Assembly: GCA_964459785.1 (NCBI GenBank)
Contig: CAYWNW010000008.1
Span: forward strand, 1,443 to 65,442
DNA length: 64,000 bases
Origin: an uncultured Oscillospiraceae bacterium
GTDB lineage: Bacteria > Bacillota > Clostridia > Oscillospirales > Oscillospiraceae
Reading direction: 5' to 3'
The notes beneath the pieces are model-generated. The model was given only the letters and a program-made list of their open reading frames with translations, was not told the origin of the DNA and searched no databases. Made by a program: the position numbers and the translations under genes. Positions 19,893 to 28,351 of this stretch are shown here, piece by piece; positions within the stretch are counted from its first letter, which is position 1, and every line of letters starts with the position of its first letter.

Positions 19893-20951
19893 ATGTTGCT
19901 TAAAGATGCATCCCCAGAGATATATGCACAGATTGACCCTACAAAAAACACCGATATTGAAATTGAAAAGCTAAAGGCTCAATCAAACATTGATTTGTTT
20001 TGGCGATGTGACAAAGGTCATAGTTGGCACGCTAAAGTGTGTAGCAGAATGAGAGGCTCAAAATGTCCATACTGTCAGCATAGAGCTGTTCTTCCGGGGT
20101 TCAATGATTTGGCTAGTACATACCCTGAAATTGCAGGGGAACTTCATCCTATAAAGAATGAAAATCTTCGCGCTGATACAATATCTCCTTATTCAAACCA
20201 GAATGTATGGTGGATATGTTCTTTCGGTCATGAGTGGAAAACTAAAGTAAATAACAGGACACATGGTAAAGGATGTCCACACTGTTATAAAGAACGTTTT
20301 GCGTTTTCAGAAAACAATTTAATGGCTAGATATCCTGAAATTGCTGCACAATGGCACCCAACTAAAAATGGGGAACTGAAACCCTCAGATGTGTCTGCGC
20401 GTAGTCGTAAAAAAGTTTGGTGGAAATGTGAATGTGGGCATGAGTGGCAAGATACAGTTCTGAACCGAACCGTTAGAGGAGCAAACTGCCCATATGATTT
20501 AGGTAAAATTTATCCTCTTCAAGAAAATAATTTAACTATTAGATATCCTGAAATTGCTGCACAATGGCACCCCACTAAAAATGGAGAACTGAACCCCTCA
20601 GATGTTTTTGCGCATAGTCATAAAAAAGTTTGGTGGATATGTTGTAGTGGGCATGAGTGGCAAGCTACGGTTCTGAACCGAACCAATAATGGGACAGATT
20701 GCCCATACTGTTCAAGACGTTTTGCTATTTCAGGAACAAATGACCTACAGACGTTGTATCCGAATATTGCCAAAGAATGGTGTACGGAATTAAATGAAGA
20801 GTTGGACCCATCCAACTTCTTGCCCAAGTCCGGTAAGAGTGTTTGGTGGGAATGCTCAAAAAACCATAACCATAGGTGGAAAGCAACAATCATATCGCGG
20901 ACAGCTTTAGAGACAGGGTGCCCGTATTGTTCCGGACGTAGGGGAGAATGA
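19893..20951 (+). CDS. Paralogous five-repeat zinc-ribbon (DUF4379-like) protein
   Basis: Start moved to the ATG at 19893 (MLLKDASPEIYAQ, parallel to the N-terminus of the upstream paralogue) after AAGGAG. Five W.C..GH.W...V..R...G..CP.C units are present, and the third has lost the CxxC (CPYD). Confidence 0.75.
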   Translation: MLLKDASPEIYAQIDPTKNTDIEIEKLKAQSNIDLFWRCDKGHSWHAKVCSRMRGSKCPYCQHRAVLPGFNDLASTYPEIAGELHPIKNENLRADTISPYSNQNVWWICSFGHEWKTKVNNRTHGKGCPHCYKERFAFSENNLMARYPEIAAQWHPTKNGELKPSDVSARSRKKVWWKCECGHEWQDTVLNRTVRGANCPYDLGKIYPLQENNLTIRYPEIAAQWHPTKNGELNPSDVFAHSHKKVWWICCSGHEWQATVLNRTNNGTDCPYCSRRFAISGTNDLQTLYPNIAKEWCTELNEELDPSNFLPKSGKSVWWECSKNHNHRWKATIISRTALETGCPYCSGRRGE

Positions 20952-20978
20952 GGGGGGCATTAAATGCCCCCTCTTTTT
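20952..20978 (+). terminator. Rho-independent terminator of the Zn-ribbon operon
   Basis: GGGGGCAT / ATGCCCCC stem with a 3-nt loop, followed by a CTTTTT tract. Confidence 0.75.
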
Positions 20979-21069
20979 ATTTGTTAAGCAGCTTGTTTCA
21001 GGAGAAATGAATGCCATCTTAATAATTAGTGCCGTTGTAATTCGTAAGTGTTTGTGCTATAATTTCATA

Positions 21070-21084
21070 TAAAACCGACAAAAC
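21070..21084. repeat. Right inner inverted repeat TAAAACCGACAAAAC
   Basis: Exact reverse complement of 10145-10159. Confidence 0.8.
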
Positions 21085-21152
21085 TATCAATTTGGAAATG
21101 TTAATCCCAGAGGTGATTTGTTATAGAAAACGACAAAAATGGCAATTTTAAA

Positions 21153-23546
21153 ATGTCAGTCCCAAAGGCGACACAGCTATACGAAAAATCGATAAAAACA
21201 CTTGAGCTTCCGGCGGTTTTGGAGCTGCTTTCAAAGGAAGCGGTAAGCCTTCCGGCTAAGGAGGCCGTTCTTTCTCTGCGCCCGTCGGACAGCGAATATG
21301 AGGTTAAGCGCAGGCTCGGCGAAACGAGCGCGGCGAAGGCCATGATGGTGCTCAAGGGCAGCCCTTCCTTCGGCGGCGTGCGCGATGTGCGCTCCTCACT
21401 CTCGAGAGCGGGCATAGGCGGAATGCTCAATACGCGTGAGCTTCTGGACATCGCGGGCGTTTTACAGTCCGCAAGGACAGTGCGTGCCTACGCGGGCGGC
21501 GAGAGCTGCGGAAGAAGCGATATTGACTTCCTGTTCTCATCTCTCATGGCAAATAAATATCTTGAGGAAAGAATAACGAGCTCCATCATAGGAGAGGACG
21601 AAATCGCAGACTCTGCAAGTGCCGATCTTGCGACAATCCGCCGCCTTATCAGAGCGGCCTCCGCCAGAGTGCGCGAGGCTCTGCAAAAAATAATTTCCTC
21701 TCCGTCCTTTTCAAAAGCGCTTCAGGAGCCGATTATCACAACGCGCTCCGACCGCTATGTCGTGCCGGTCAAAGCGGACCATAAAAGCAGTATCCCGGGG
21801 CTTGTACACGACGTTTCCTCAAGCGGAGCTACGCTTTTTATCGAGCCGATGGCGGCTGTCAAGGCAAATAACGAGCTTCGGGAGCTCCACGCGAAGGAAA
21901 AGCTTGAAATTGAACGCATTTTAGCCGAGCTTTCCGCCGAGTGCGGAGACCATGCAAACGATATTATTCGGGACTTTAATGTGCTTGTGGAGCTTGACAG
22001 CATTTTTGCCAGAGCGAAGCTGAGCTATAAGCTCGACTGTCAGGAGCCCGTTATATCGGAGGGACGGGTTTACCTACGTAAGGCGCGCCACCCTCTGCTG
22101 CCGAAGGAGAGCGCCGTGCCCATCACAATTGAGCTCGGACATGAATTTGACACGCTTGTCATAACGGGACCAAACACGGGCGGAAAAACAGTTTCGCTCA
22201 AAACCCTGGGGCTTCTTTGCATTATGGCAGCCTGCGGTCTGCACATTCCTGCTGCGGACGGGAGCATGGTTCCCGTTTTTCGCAGCGTGCTTGCCGATAT
22301 AGGCGATGAGCAAAGCATTGAACAGTCGCTGTCAACATTTTCTTCGCACATGACGAATATAGTGAGAATACTGGATGAGTGCGACGACAAGAGCCTTCTC
22401 CTTTTTGATGAGCTCGGCGCGGGAACAGACCCCGTTGAAGGCGCGGCGCTTGCCGTTGCCATCATCGAAAGCGCGAGGAAAAAAGGCTCTGTAACTGCGG
22501 CGACAACGCATTACGCCGAGCTTAAAATTTACGCCACCACAACGGACGGCGTGCAGAATGCCTCCTGCGAGTTTGATGTGGAGTCGCTTCGTCCGACTTA
22601 CAGACTGCTCATCGGAATACCCGGCAAATCAAACGCCTTTGCCATCAGCGAAAGGCTGGGGCTGCCTCAGGCGGTAATTGAAGACGCGAAGGGCAGGGTA
22701 AGCTCCTCGAGCGCCAGCTTCGAGGAAACCATAGAAAAGCTCGAAAAGCAGAGACAGCTGCTTGAAAAGGACAGGGAAGAAGCCGAAAAGAAGCTGCGCG
22801 AGGCGCAGGAACAGGCTAAAAAAGCTGAAATGCTTCGCCGTGAACTCTCGGTGCGCCTTGAAAAGGCCGACGAAAAGGCAAGGCGTGAGGCGGAGCGTAT
22901 TCTTGACGATGCCAGAAGAACCGCGGAGCGAACTTTGAGCGAGCTTGACGAAATGCGCAAACGCCAAAACAAGGAATATGACCATATACGCGAAAACGAG
23001 GCCCGCGCCGAGCTCAGACGCAGCCTTAACGAGGCAAACGAACGCCTCTTGAGCCGCCAACAGGAAACGGAGCAGCCGAAGGTATCCTCCCGTCCCGTCA
23101 GGGTCGGCGACACGGTTGAACTCATATCAATGGGTGTTAAGGCGAGCGTGCTTGCGATTTCAGATGACAGAGCCCTTACGCTTCAGGCGGGTATTATGAA
23201 GGTTACGGCACGGGAGGATGAAGTTTACCTTCTGGAGAATCAGAACGTAAAGGAGAAACCGACCTTTTCCCAGCAAAGCGGGGCAACTCTCCGTACCATG
23301 TCCACAAGCTCGGAGCTTGATTTGCGCGGAATGATGATTGACGAAGCGATTCCCGTACTCGAAAGATATATCGACAGCGCCGTTTTGGGAAGGCTGGAGA
23401 AAGTGACTATCATACACGGCAAGGGAACGGGAGCACTTCGTACCGCGGTTGCACAGAGCCTGAAGCTCAACAAGGCTGTTAAATCCTTCCGTCTTGGACG
23501 TTTCGGCGAGGGGGAAACAGGCGTTACCATTGTGGAACTGGGGTAA
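21153..23546 (+). CDS. mutS2: Endonuclease MutS2 (MutS domain + C-terminal Smr)
   Basis: 797 aa with Walker A GPNTGGKT, DELGAGTDP, a long coiled coil, and the C-terminal Smr motif LDLRG...IIHGKGTGALR. Confidence 0.95.
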   Translation: MSVPKATQLYEKSIKTLELPAVLELLSKEAVSLPAKEAVLSLRPSDSEYEVKRRLGETSAAKAMMVLKGSPSFGGVRDVRSSLSRAGIGGMLNTRELLDIAGVLQSARTVRAYAGGESCGRSDIDFLFSSLMANKYLEERITSSIIGEDEIADSASADLATIRRLIRAASARVREALQKIISSPSFSKALQEPIITTRSDRYVVPVKADHKSSIPGLVHDVSSSGATLFIEPMAAVKANNELRELHAKEKLEIERILAELSAECGDHANDIIRDFNVLVELDSIFARAKLSYKLDCQEPVISEGRVYLRKARHPLLPKESAVPITIELGHEFDTLVITGPNTGGKTVSLKTLGLLCIMAACGLHIPAADGSMVPVFRSVLADIGDEQSIEQSLSTFSSHMTNIVRILDECDDKSLLLFDELGAGTDPVEGAALAVAIIESARKKGSVTAATTHYAELKIYATTTDGVQNASCEFDVESLRPTYRLLIGIPGKSNAFAISERLGLPQAVIEDAKGRVSSSSASFEETIEKLEKQRQLLEKDREEAEKKLREAQEQAKKAEMLRRELSVRLEKADEKARREAERILDDARRTAERTLSELDEMRKRQNKEYDHIRENEARAELRRSLNEANERLLSRQQETEQPKVSSRPVRVGDTVELISMGVKASVLAISDDRALTLQAGIMKVTAREDEVYLLENQNVKEKPTFSQQSGATLRTMSTSSELDLRGMMIDEAIPVLERYIDSAVLGRLEKVTIIHGKGTGALRTAVAQSLKLNKAVKSFRLGRFGEGETGVTIVELG

Positions 23547-23688
23547 AACCGAGGTAAAGAGAATATTATCCCTGTGCAAACTTACAAAATGAGTAAAATC
23601 GATTGACGAAGAGACATTTTCTTGATAAAATGCACGAAGGAAACATGTGGAGATATGCCATTTTGTCATAACATAAGGAGTGACGATA

Positions 23689-23952
23689 ATGCTTACTAGA
23701 GAAGTAACCATCAACAACCAGGTCGGTCTGCACGCCAGACCCGCAACATTTTTCATTCAAAAGGCGAATGAGTTCAAAAGCAGTATTTGGATCGAGAAGG
23801 AAGACCGCAAGGTCAACGCCAAGAGCCTTTTGGGAGTACTGTCACTCGGTATTGTAAAAGGAACCTCGGTAAACCTCGTTGCCGACGGAAGCGATGAAAA
23901 GGAAGCGCTCAATACGCTTGCCGCTCTTATAGCCTCCGATTTCTCCGAGTAA
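23689..23952 (+). CDS. ptsH: Phosphocarrier protein HPr
   Basis: ATG at 23689 lies 9 nt after AAGGAG. His15 context GLHARPA and Ser46 context NAKSLLGVLSLG are both present. Confidence 0.9.
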   Translation: MLTREVTINNQVGLHARPATFFIQKANEFKSSIWIEKEDRKVNAKSLLGVLSLGIVKGTSVNLVADGSDEKEALNTLAALIASDFSE

Positions 23953-23969
23953 TTTTAACCGAATAAACT

Positions 23970-24003
23970 GGGGCGTGCTTTTTGGCGCGCCCCATTTTTT
24001 TTG
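23970..24003 (+). terminator. Rho-independent terminator after ptsH
   Basis: GGGGCG...CGCCCC hairpin followed by T9. Confidence 0.7.
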
Positions 24004-24103
24004 TTTGGCAAAGCGGACAGACTTCAGAGCAAGGCGGATATTGCGTTTTTTGCCGCGAAGAGCTATAAATATATTGACGGACTGCAATTTTATGGAATAA
24101 TAA

Positions 24104-26020
24104 ATGTACTACGATGACATCATTGCGGCTGATTTAAGCGCAAAAATATCGGCTTTGGGGGGCGAGGGCTTGCGTACAGATGAATTAAGAGAAAAGGCGA
24201 ACCGCCTTCCGCTTTTGCCCGGGGTCTACCTCATGCTTGACGAGAAGGGCGAGGTCATCTACGTCGGAAAGGCGAAGGCGCTTAAAAACCGCGTCACCAG
24301 CTATTTTCGCGGCGAGCACGAGCCCAAAACCTCCGCAATGGTTGAAAAGGTGCATGACTTCAACGTAATAGTCGCCGCCTCCGAGTTTGAGGCACTGGTT
24401 TTGGAAAACTCGCTTATAAAGCGCCACCAGCCGCATTACAACATTCTGCTTCGTGACGACAAGGCCTATCCGTTTATCAGGCTTGACGTAAAAAGCGAGT
24501 GCCCGCGCTTTACGATTGCAGGTAAAATCGCGGACGACGGCGCGAAATACTTCGGTCCCTTCGGCGGCAGGGGACTTACGCATAATATAATCGACACAGT
24601 CTGCAAGACCGTGCTGCTGCCCAGCTGCGGAAAGAAATTCCCGCGTGATTTCGGGAAAAGCAGACCTTGCCTGAACTTTCATCTGGGTAACTGTCCGGGC
24701 TACTGCGCGGGCAAAGCCGGAGCGGAGGAATACAGAGCCCGCGTGCGCCACGCGGAGATGATTCTAAACGGCAAGTCAGCGGAGCTGAAAGCGGAGCTGG
24801 AGCGCGAAATGCTCAAGGCTTCGGACGAGCTCCGCTTTGAAACGGCGGCACAGCTTCGTGGCAGACTTCAGGCAATCGAGGGGCTTAATAACCGCCAGAT
24901 GGTCATCGGAGCGGTCGGCTCTGATACGGACGCCGTCGGCTTTTTCAGGGGGGCGAAATCCTGTTTTTCAGTTCTGCACTATTCGGGGGAAAACCTTGTC
25001 GATAAGGATTTTGAGCTTATGGACGAGCCGCTCGAAAGCGACTCCGAGGCGGTTTCGGAGCTTGTGCGGCAGTATTATTCCATTCGCGGCGCTTGGCCGA
25101 AAACCTTGCTGCTGCCTTTTGAAACCGAGGATTTTAAAGAAATCGAGCAGCTGTTAACCGAGGCTTCCGGACACAGGGTATATATCGAGATTCCGCAGCG
25201 GGGGGAAAAGCGCTTTCTGGTCGAAAAGGCAATGCTGAACGCGAAAGAGGAATCTTTGCGCTTTACCACTGCCGTAGAGCGAGGGCGAAAAACTCTCGAA
25301 TGGCTTCGCGACACACTGGGACTGGACAAACTTCCTAGCAGAATAGAGGGCTTCGACATATCAAACACGGGAAATTTCGGCATGGTAGCCTCAATGACCG
25401 TTTTCGTAAACGGGAAGCCTCTCAAGCGCGATTACAGAAAATTCAAAATTAAGGAGCTCTCTTCGCAGGACGATTTCGGCAGTATGCGCGAGGTTTTGAC
25501 CCGCAGATTCAGCAGATTCTTGGAGGGGGACAGCTCGTTTTCGGAGCTGCCGGACCTTTTGCTTATAGACGGCGGCGCAGTTCACGCCTCCATTGCCGAA
25601 AAAGTACTGAAGGAAATGAATATTTCCCTGCCGGTTCTGGGCATGGTAAAGGATGACCGACATCGGACACGCGCACTGATTTATTCAAGCGGCGAGGAGG
25701 TCGGAATAACGGGTAATCCCGCTGTGTTTGCCCTTATCGGCGCAATTCAGGAGGAAACGCACAGATTTGCCATCGAGTACCACCGCAGCCTTAGAAGCGC
25801 GACTATCGGCTCGCAGCTTGAGAACATAAAAGGTGTTGGGCAGGCGCGGAGAAACGAGCTTTTAAAGCATTTCAAGACGATTAAAGCAATAAAAGCAGCA
25901 TCGCTTGACGAACTCAATGCGATTGTTCCGAAGAATACGGCGAAGGCCGTGTTTGAGCACTTTCACAGCGAAGAAACAGACAGAGAAAAAGCGGCAAACG
26001 CCGCCGACATGGAGGATTAG
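24104..26020 (+). CDS. uvrC: Excinuclease ABC subunit C
   Basis: 638 aa with an N-terminal GIY-YIG (GVYLMLDEKGEVIYVGKAKALKNRVTSYF), a UVR domain, and a C-terminal RNase H-like endonuclease plus HhH. Confidence 0.95.
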   Translation: MYYDDIIAADLSAKISALGGEGLRTDELREKANRLPLLPGVYLMLDEKGEVIYVGKAKALKNRVTSYFRGEHEPKTSAMVEKVHDFNVIVAASEFEALVLENSLIKRHQPHYNILLRDDKAYPFIRLDVKSECPRFTIAGKIADDGAKYFGPFGGRGLTHNIIDTVCKTVLLPSCGKKFPRDFGKSRPCLNFHLGNCPGYCAGKAGAEEYRARVRHAEMILNGKSAELKAELEREMLKASDELRFETAAQLRGRLQAIEGLNNRQMVIGAVGSDTDAVGFFRGAKSCFSVLHYSGENLVDKDFELMDEPLESDSEAVSELVRQYYSIRGAWPKTLLLPFETEDFKEIEQLLTEASGHRVYIEIPQRGEKRFLVEKAMLNAKEESLRFTTAVERGRKTLEWLRDTLGLDKLPSRIEGFDISNTGNFGMVASMTVFVNGKPLKRDYRKFKIKELSSQDDFGSMREVLTRRFSRFLEGDSSFSELPDLLLIDGGAVHASIAEKVLKEMNISLPVLGMVKDDRHRTRALIYSSGEEVGITGNPAVFALIGAIQEETHRFAIEYHRSLRSATIGSQLENIKGVGQARRNELLKHFKTIKAIKAASLDELNAIVPKNTAKAVFEHFHSEETDREKAANAADMED

Positions 26021-26022
26021 GG

Positions 26023-26559
26023 ATGAGAGTAATAACGGGAGCCGCACGGGGACGCAAGCTAAACGAACCCAAGGACATGGAGATACGTCCCACAACGGAC
26101 ATGGTTAAGGAAGCGATGTTCAGCATCGTACAGTTCGACATTGAGGGCAGGCGCGTGCTCGATCTTTTTGCGGGTACCGGTCAGCTCGGAATCGAAGCCT
26201 TGAGCCGCGGCGCAAAAAGCGCTGTCTTTGTAGATGAGAGCAATGAAGCCGTTAAACTTGTTCGTTCAAACCTGGATCACTGCAAGCTGACAGGTGAGGT
26301 CGTAAGAGAAAATGCCGTCACCTTTCTCGGACATTGTGGGAAGTTTGATTTAATTTTTCTTGACCCTCCGTACCAAAGTGGGTTGATGGATACGGTCCTG
26401 CGTAAAATTATTCAGTTTGACATATTGTCAGAAGGTGGTATAATTGTTTGCGAGACTAAGCTTGATACTGTCATTTCTCCCATGAATGAGCCGTATTATG
26501 TCGGTCGGGAATACAAATACGGAAAAGTTAAGCTGACACTCTGCGGCAAAAAAGCGTAA
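26023..26559 (+). CDS. rsmD: 16S rRNA (guanine966-N2)-methyltransferase RsmD
   Basis: 178 aa with VLDLFAGTGQLGIEALSRGA and the DPPY motif. It lies upstream of coaD, as is usual. Confidence 0.85.
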   Translation: MRVITGAARGRKLNEPKDMEIRPTTDMVKEAMFSIVQFDIEGRRVLDLFAGTGQLGIEALSRGAKSAVFVDESNEAVKLVRSNLDHCKLTGEVVRENAVTFLGHCGKFDLIFLDPPYQSGLMDTVLRKIIQFDILSEGGIIVCETKLDTVISPMNEPYYVGREYKYGKVKLTLCGKKA

Positions 26560-26595
26560 GAGCGACCCGTCACCGAAAGGAAAGGATTTATCCAG

Positions 26596-27081
26596 ATGAT
26601 TACCGCTATCTACCCCGGAACTTTCGACCCAATCACTTTGGGACATCTTGATATAATCACCAGAGCTTCAAGAATTTTCGACAAGCTGGTAGTCAGCGTT
26701 GTTATGAACATAGAAAAATCTCCATTTTTCGATATCGACGAGCGCGTCGAACTGATAAAAAAAGTGGTCGCCGATCTTCCGAACGTTGAGGTAGCCTCTT
26801 CCATAGAACTCTTGGCCGATTTCGCGAAACAGTACGATAACCCCGTTATTATTAAGGGACTGCGGAACCACATCGACTACGAGTACGAGACCACGATGGC
26901 TGTGTTCAACAAAAAACTCAACCCACAGCTTGAGACCTTTTTTATAACGGCGAAGCTCGAATATACTTATGTCAGTTCTACGGCGGTCAGACAGCTTGCA
27001 CTATACGGCGCAGATTTATCGGACTATGTACCGAAAGTCGTTGCGGATGAAATAGTTAATAAAACTCTTAATGGGAGGTAA
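26596..27081 (+). CDS. coaD: Phosphopantetheine adenylyltransferase
   Basis: 161 aa with YPGTFDPITLGHLD and VSSTAVR motifs. Confidence 0.95.
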   Translation: MITAIYPGTFDPITLGHLDIITRASRIFDKLVVSVVMNIEKSPFFDIDERVELIKKVVADLPNVEVASSIELLADFAKQYDNPVIIKGLRNHIDYEYETTMAVFNKKLNPQLETFFITAKLEYTYVSSTAVRQLALYGADLSDYVPKVVADEIVNKTLNGR

Positions 27082-27619
27082 AGATTTGGATATCGAGATG
27101 GAAAACGAAGTAACCGAATTACTGGAAGTCCTTTACAATACCGTTGCGGATGCTTGGAGCGTTCCGCTGGGTAAAGACAAATGCATGATAAACCGCGAAA
27201 ACGTATTAAACCTTCTTGACGAAATCAGAGCCCAGCTCCCGATTGAGCTTGCCGAAGCAAAGCGCCTTATTTCCGCACGCGACGAATTTGTCGGAAATGC
27301 CAAGCGTGAGGCGGAAGCTATCCGCAAGGCCGCTGAGGATCAGGCAAGGCGCCTTGTTGAGGAGCAGGAGATTACGCGTATCGCTAAAGCTCATGCAAAT
27401 GAGATCATTTCGAACTCGGAAGCCAAATCGAGAGAGCTTGTGCGTGCCGCGAACGAATATGTCGACGATGCGCTCAGACGTACCGAGGAAGCGGTTGCCG
27501 CCGCTCTCAGCGAGGTCAAGCAGTCGCGTTCGCGCTTCCGCAACCTTGCCGTAACCCGCTCTTCGGCACCGGTTTCCGGCTCGAAAAACGGGGAAACGGA
27601 CACTCTCACGGAAGAATAA
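27071..27619 (+). CDS. Hypothetical charged coiled-coil protein
   Basis: 182-aa ORF rich in E/R/A heptads. An alternative TTG start at 27086 follows GGGAGG. No family was recognised. Confidence 0.5.
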   Translation: MGGKDLDIEMENEVTELLEVLYNTVADAWSVPLGKDKCMINRENVLNLLDEIRAQLPIELAEAKRLISARDEFVGNAKREAEAIRKAAEDQARRLVEEQEITRIAKAHANEIISNSEAKSRELVRAANEYVDDALRRTEEAVAAALSEVKQSRSRFRNLAVTRSSAPVSGSKNGETDTLTEE

Positions 27620-27637
27620 TTAAAAAAGTTTAAAAAG

Positions 27638-27676
27638 AGCGCTTGAGAAAAAAATATTTTTTCTCGAGCGCTTTTT
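27638..27676 (+). terminator. Rho-independent terminator
   Basis: AGCGCTTGAGAAAAAA / TTTTTTCTCGAGCGCT hairpin (one mismatch) followed by T5. Confidence 0.7.
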
Positions 27677-27934
27677 CTATATCTGGGAAATAAGACTTAT
27701 GTAAACAATATTATTATACAAGTTCTAGTGTTTGAGAAGAAAAATGCCATTAAAAAGCACAAAATAGCAAGAAAAAATGACATTTTTTGCTCTTGCTTTT
27801 TTATTTATGCACAGTTATAATGAGGGCACTCGGGTGGGGAGAAGTGGAATAAAATGTTGATAAATCCCACCAAACAACTGAACAATGGGCAGATTTGGTT
27901 TTCGTAAGAGAGTTTTTGAGGGGAGGGGAAAAGC

Positions 27935-28351
27935 GTGACAGGTGAATATCAGCACACTTTGGACTCAAAGGGGCGCTTATCCATTCCCGCACGTCTGCGT
28001 GAGGATTTGGGCAATGTCTTCTATGTTACCCTATCCATGGACAAATGTCTTTCCGCCTATTCCTCCGAAAGCTGGGAGATCTTTTCAGAGAAAGTAAACG
28101 CCATGCCCTATGTCAAACAGAGAAAAATGCGTCCTCTCTTTGCCTATGCCGCAAAGTGCGAGCTTGACGCTCAGGGAAGAATACTTATTCCGCAAAATCT
28201 TCGCGATTTCGCGGGTCTTACCAAGAATGTAACGGTTGTGGGCAGCAACAACCACGCGGAGTTCTGGGACAGTGACAACTGGGAGGCTGTCAACGCCGTC
28301 GAAACCACACCGGAAAACATCGCGGCCGTTATGGAGGAGCTGGAGTTTTAG
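27935..28351 (+). CDS. mraZ: Transcriptional regulator MraZ
   Basis: 138 aa, GTG start, duplicated SpoVT/AbrB-like halves (LDSKGRLSIP ... LDAQGRILIP). It is the first gene of the dcw cluster. Confidence 0.9.
   Translation: MTGEYQHTLDSKGRLSIPARLREDLGNVFYVTLSMDKCLSAYSSESWEIFSEKVNAMPYVKQRKMRPLFAYAAKCELDAQGRILIPQNLRDFAGLTKNVTVVGSNNHAEFWDSDNWEAVNAVETTPENIAAVMEELEF

Larger units (their letters stand above)
10032..21144. mobile_element. AT-rich accessory island (defence-type cargo) between recO and mutS2, bounded by inverted-repeat motifs
   Basis: Base composition changes sharply by eye at both borders. TGCGGTTTTGTCG (10032-10044) faces CGACAAAAATGGCA (21131-21144), and a perfect 15-nt inverted pair lies at 10145-10159 / 21070-21084. 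No integrase or intact transposase is present inside. Confidence 0.5.

Noticed and set aside
21007-21072. A small hydrophobic peptide ORF (MNAILIISAVVIRKCLCYNFI) after GGAGA, considered as a possible type I toxin.
   Set aside because: The SD-to-ATG spacing is only 1-2 nt. It is 21 aa, and there is no evident antisense RNA or promoter. It lies in AT-rich DNA, where such ORFs arise by chance.
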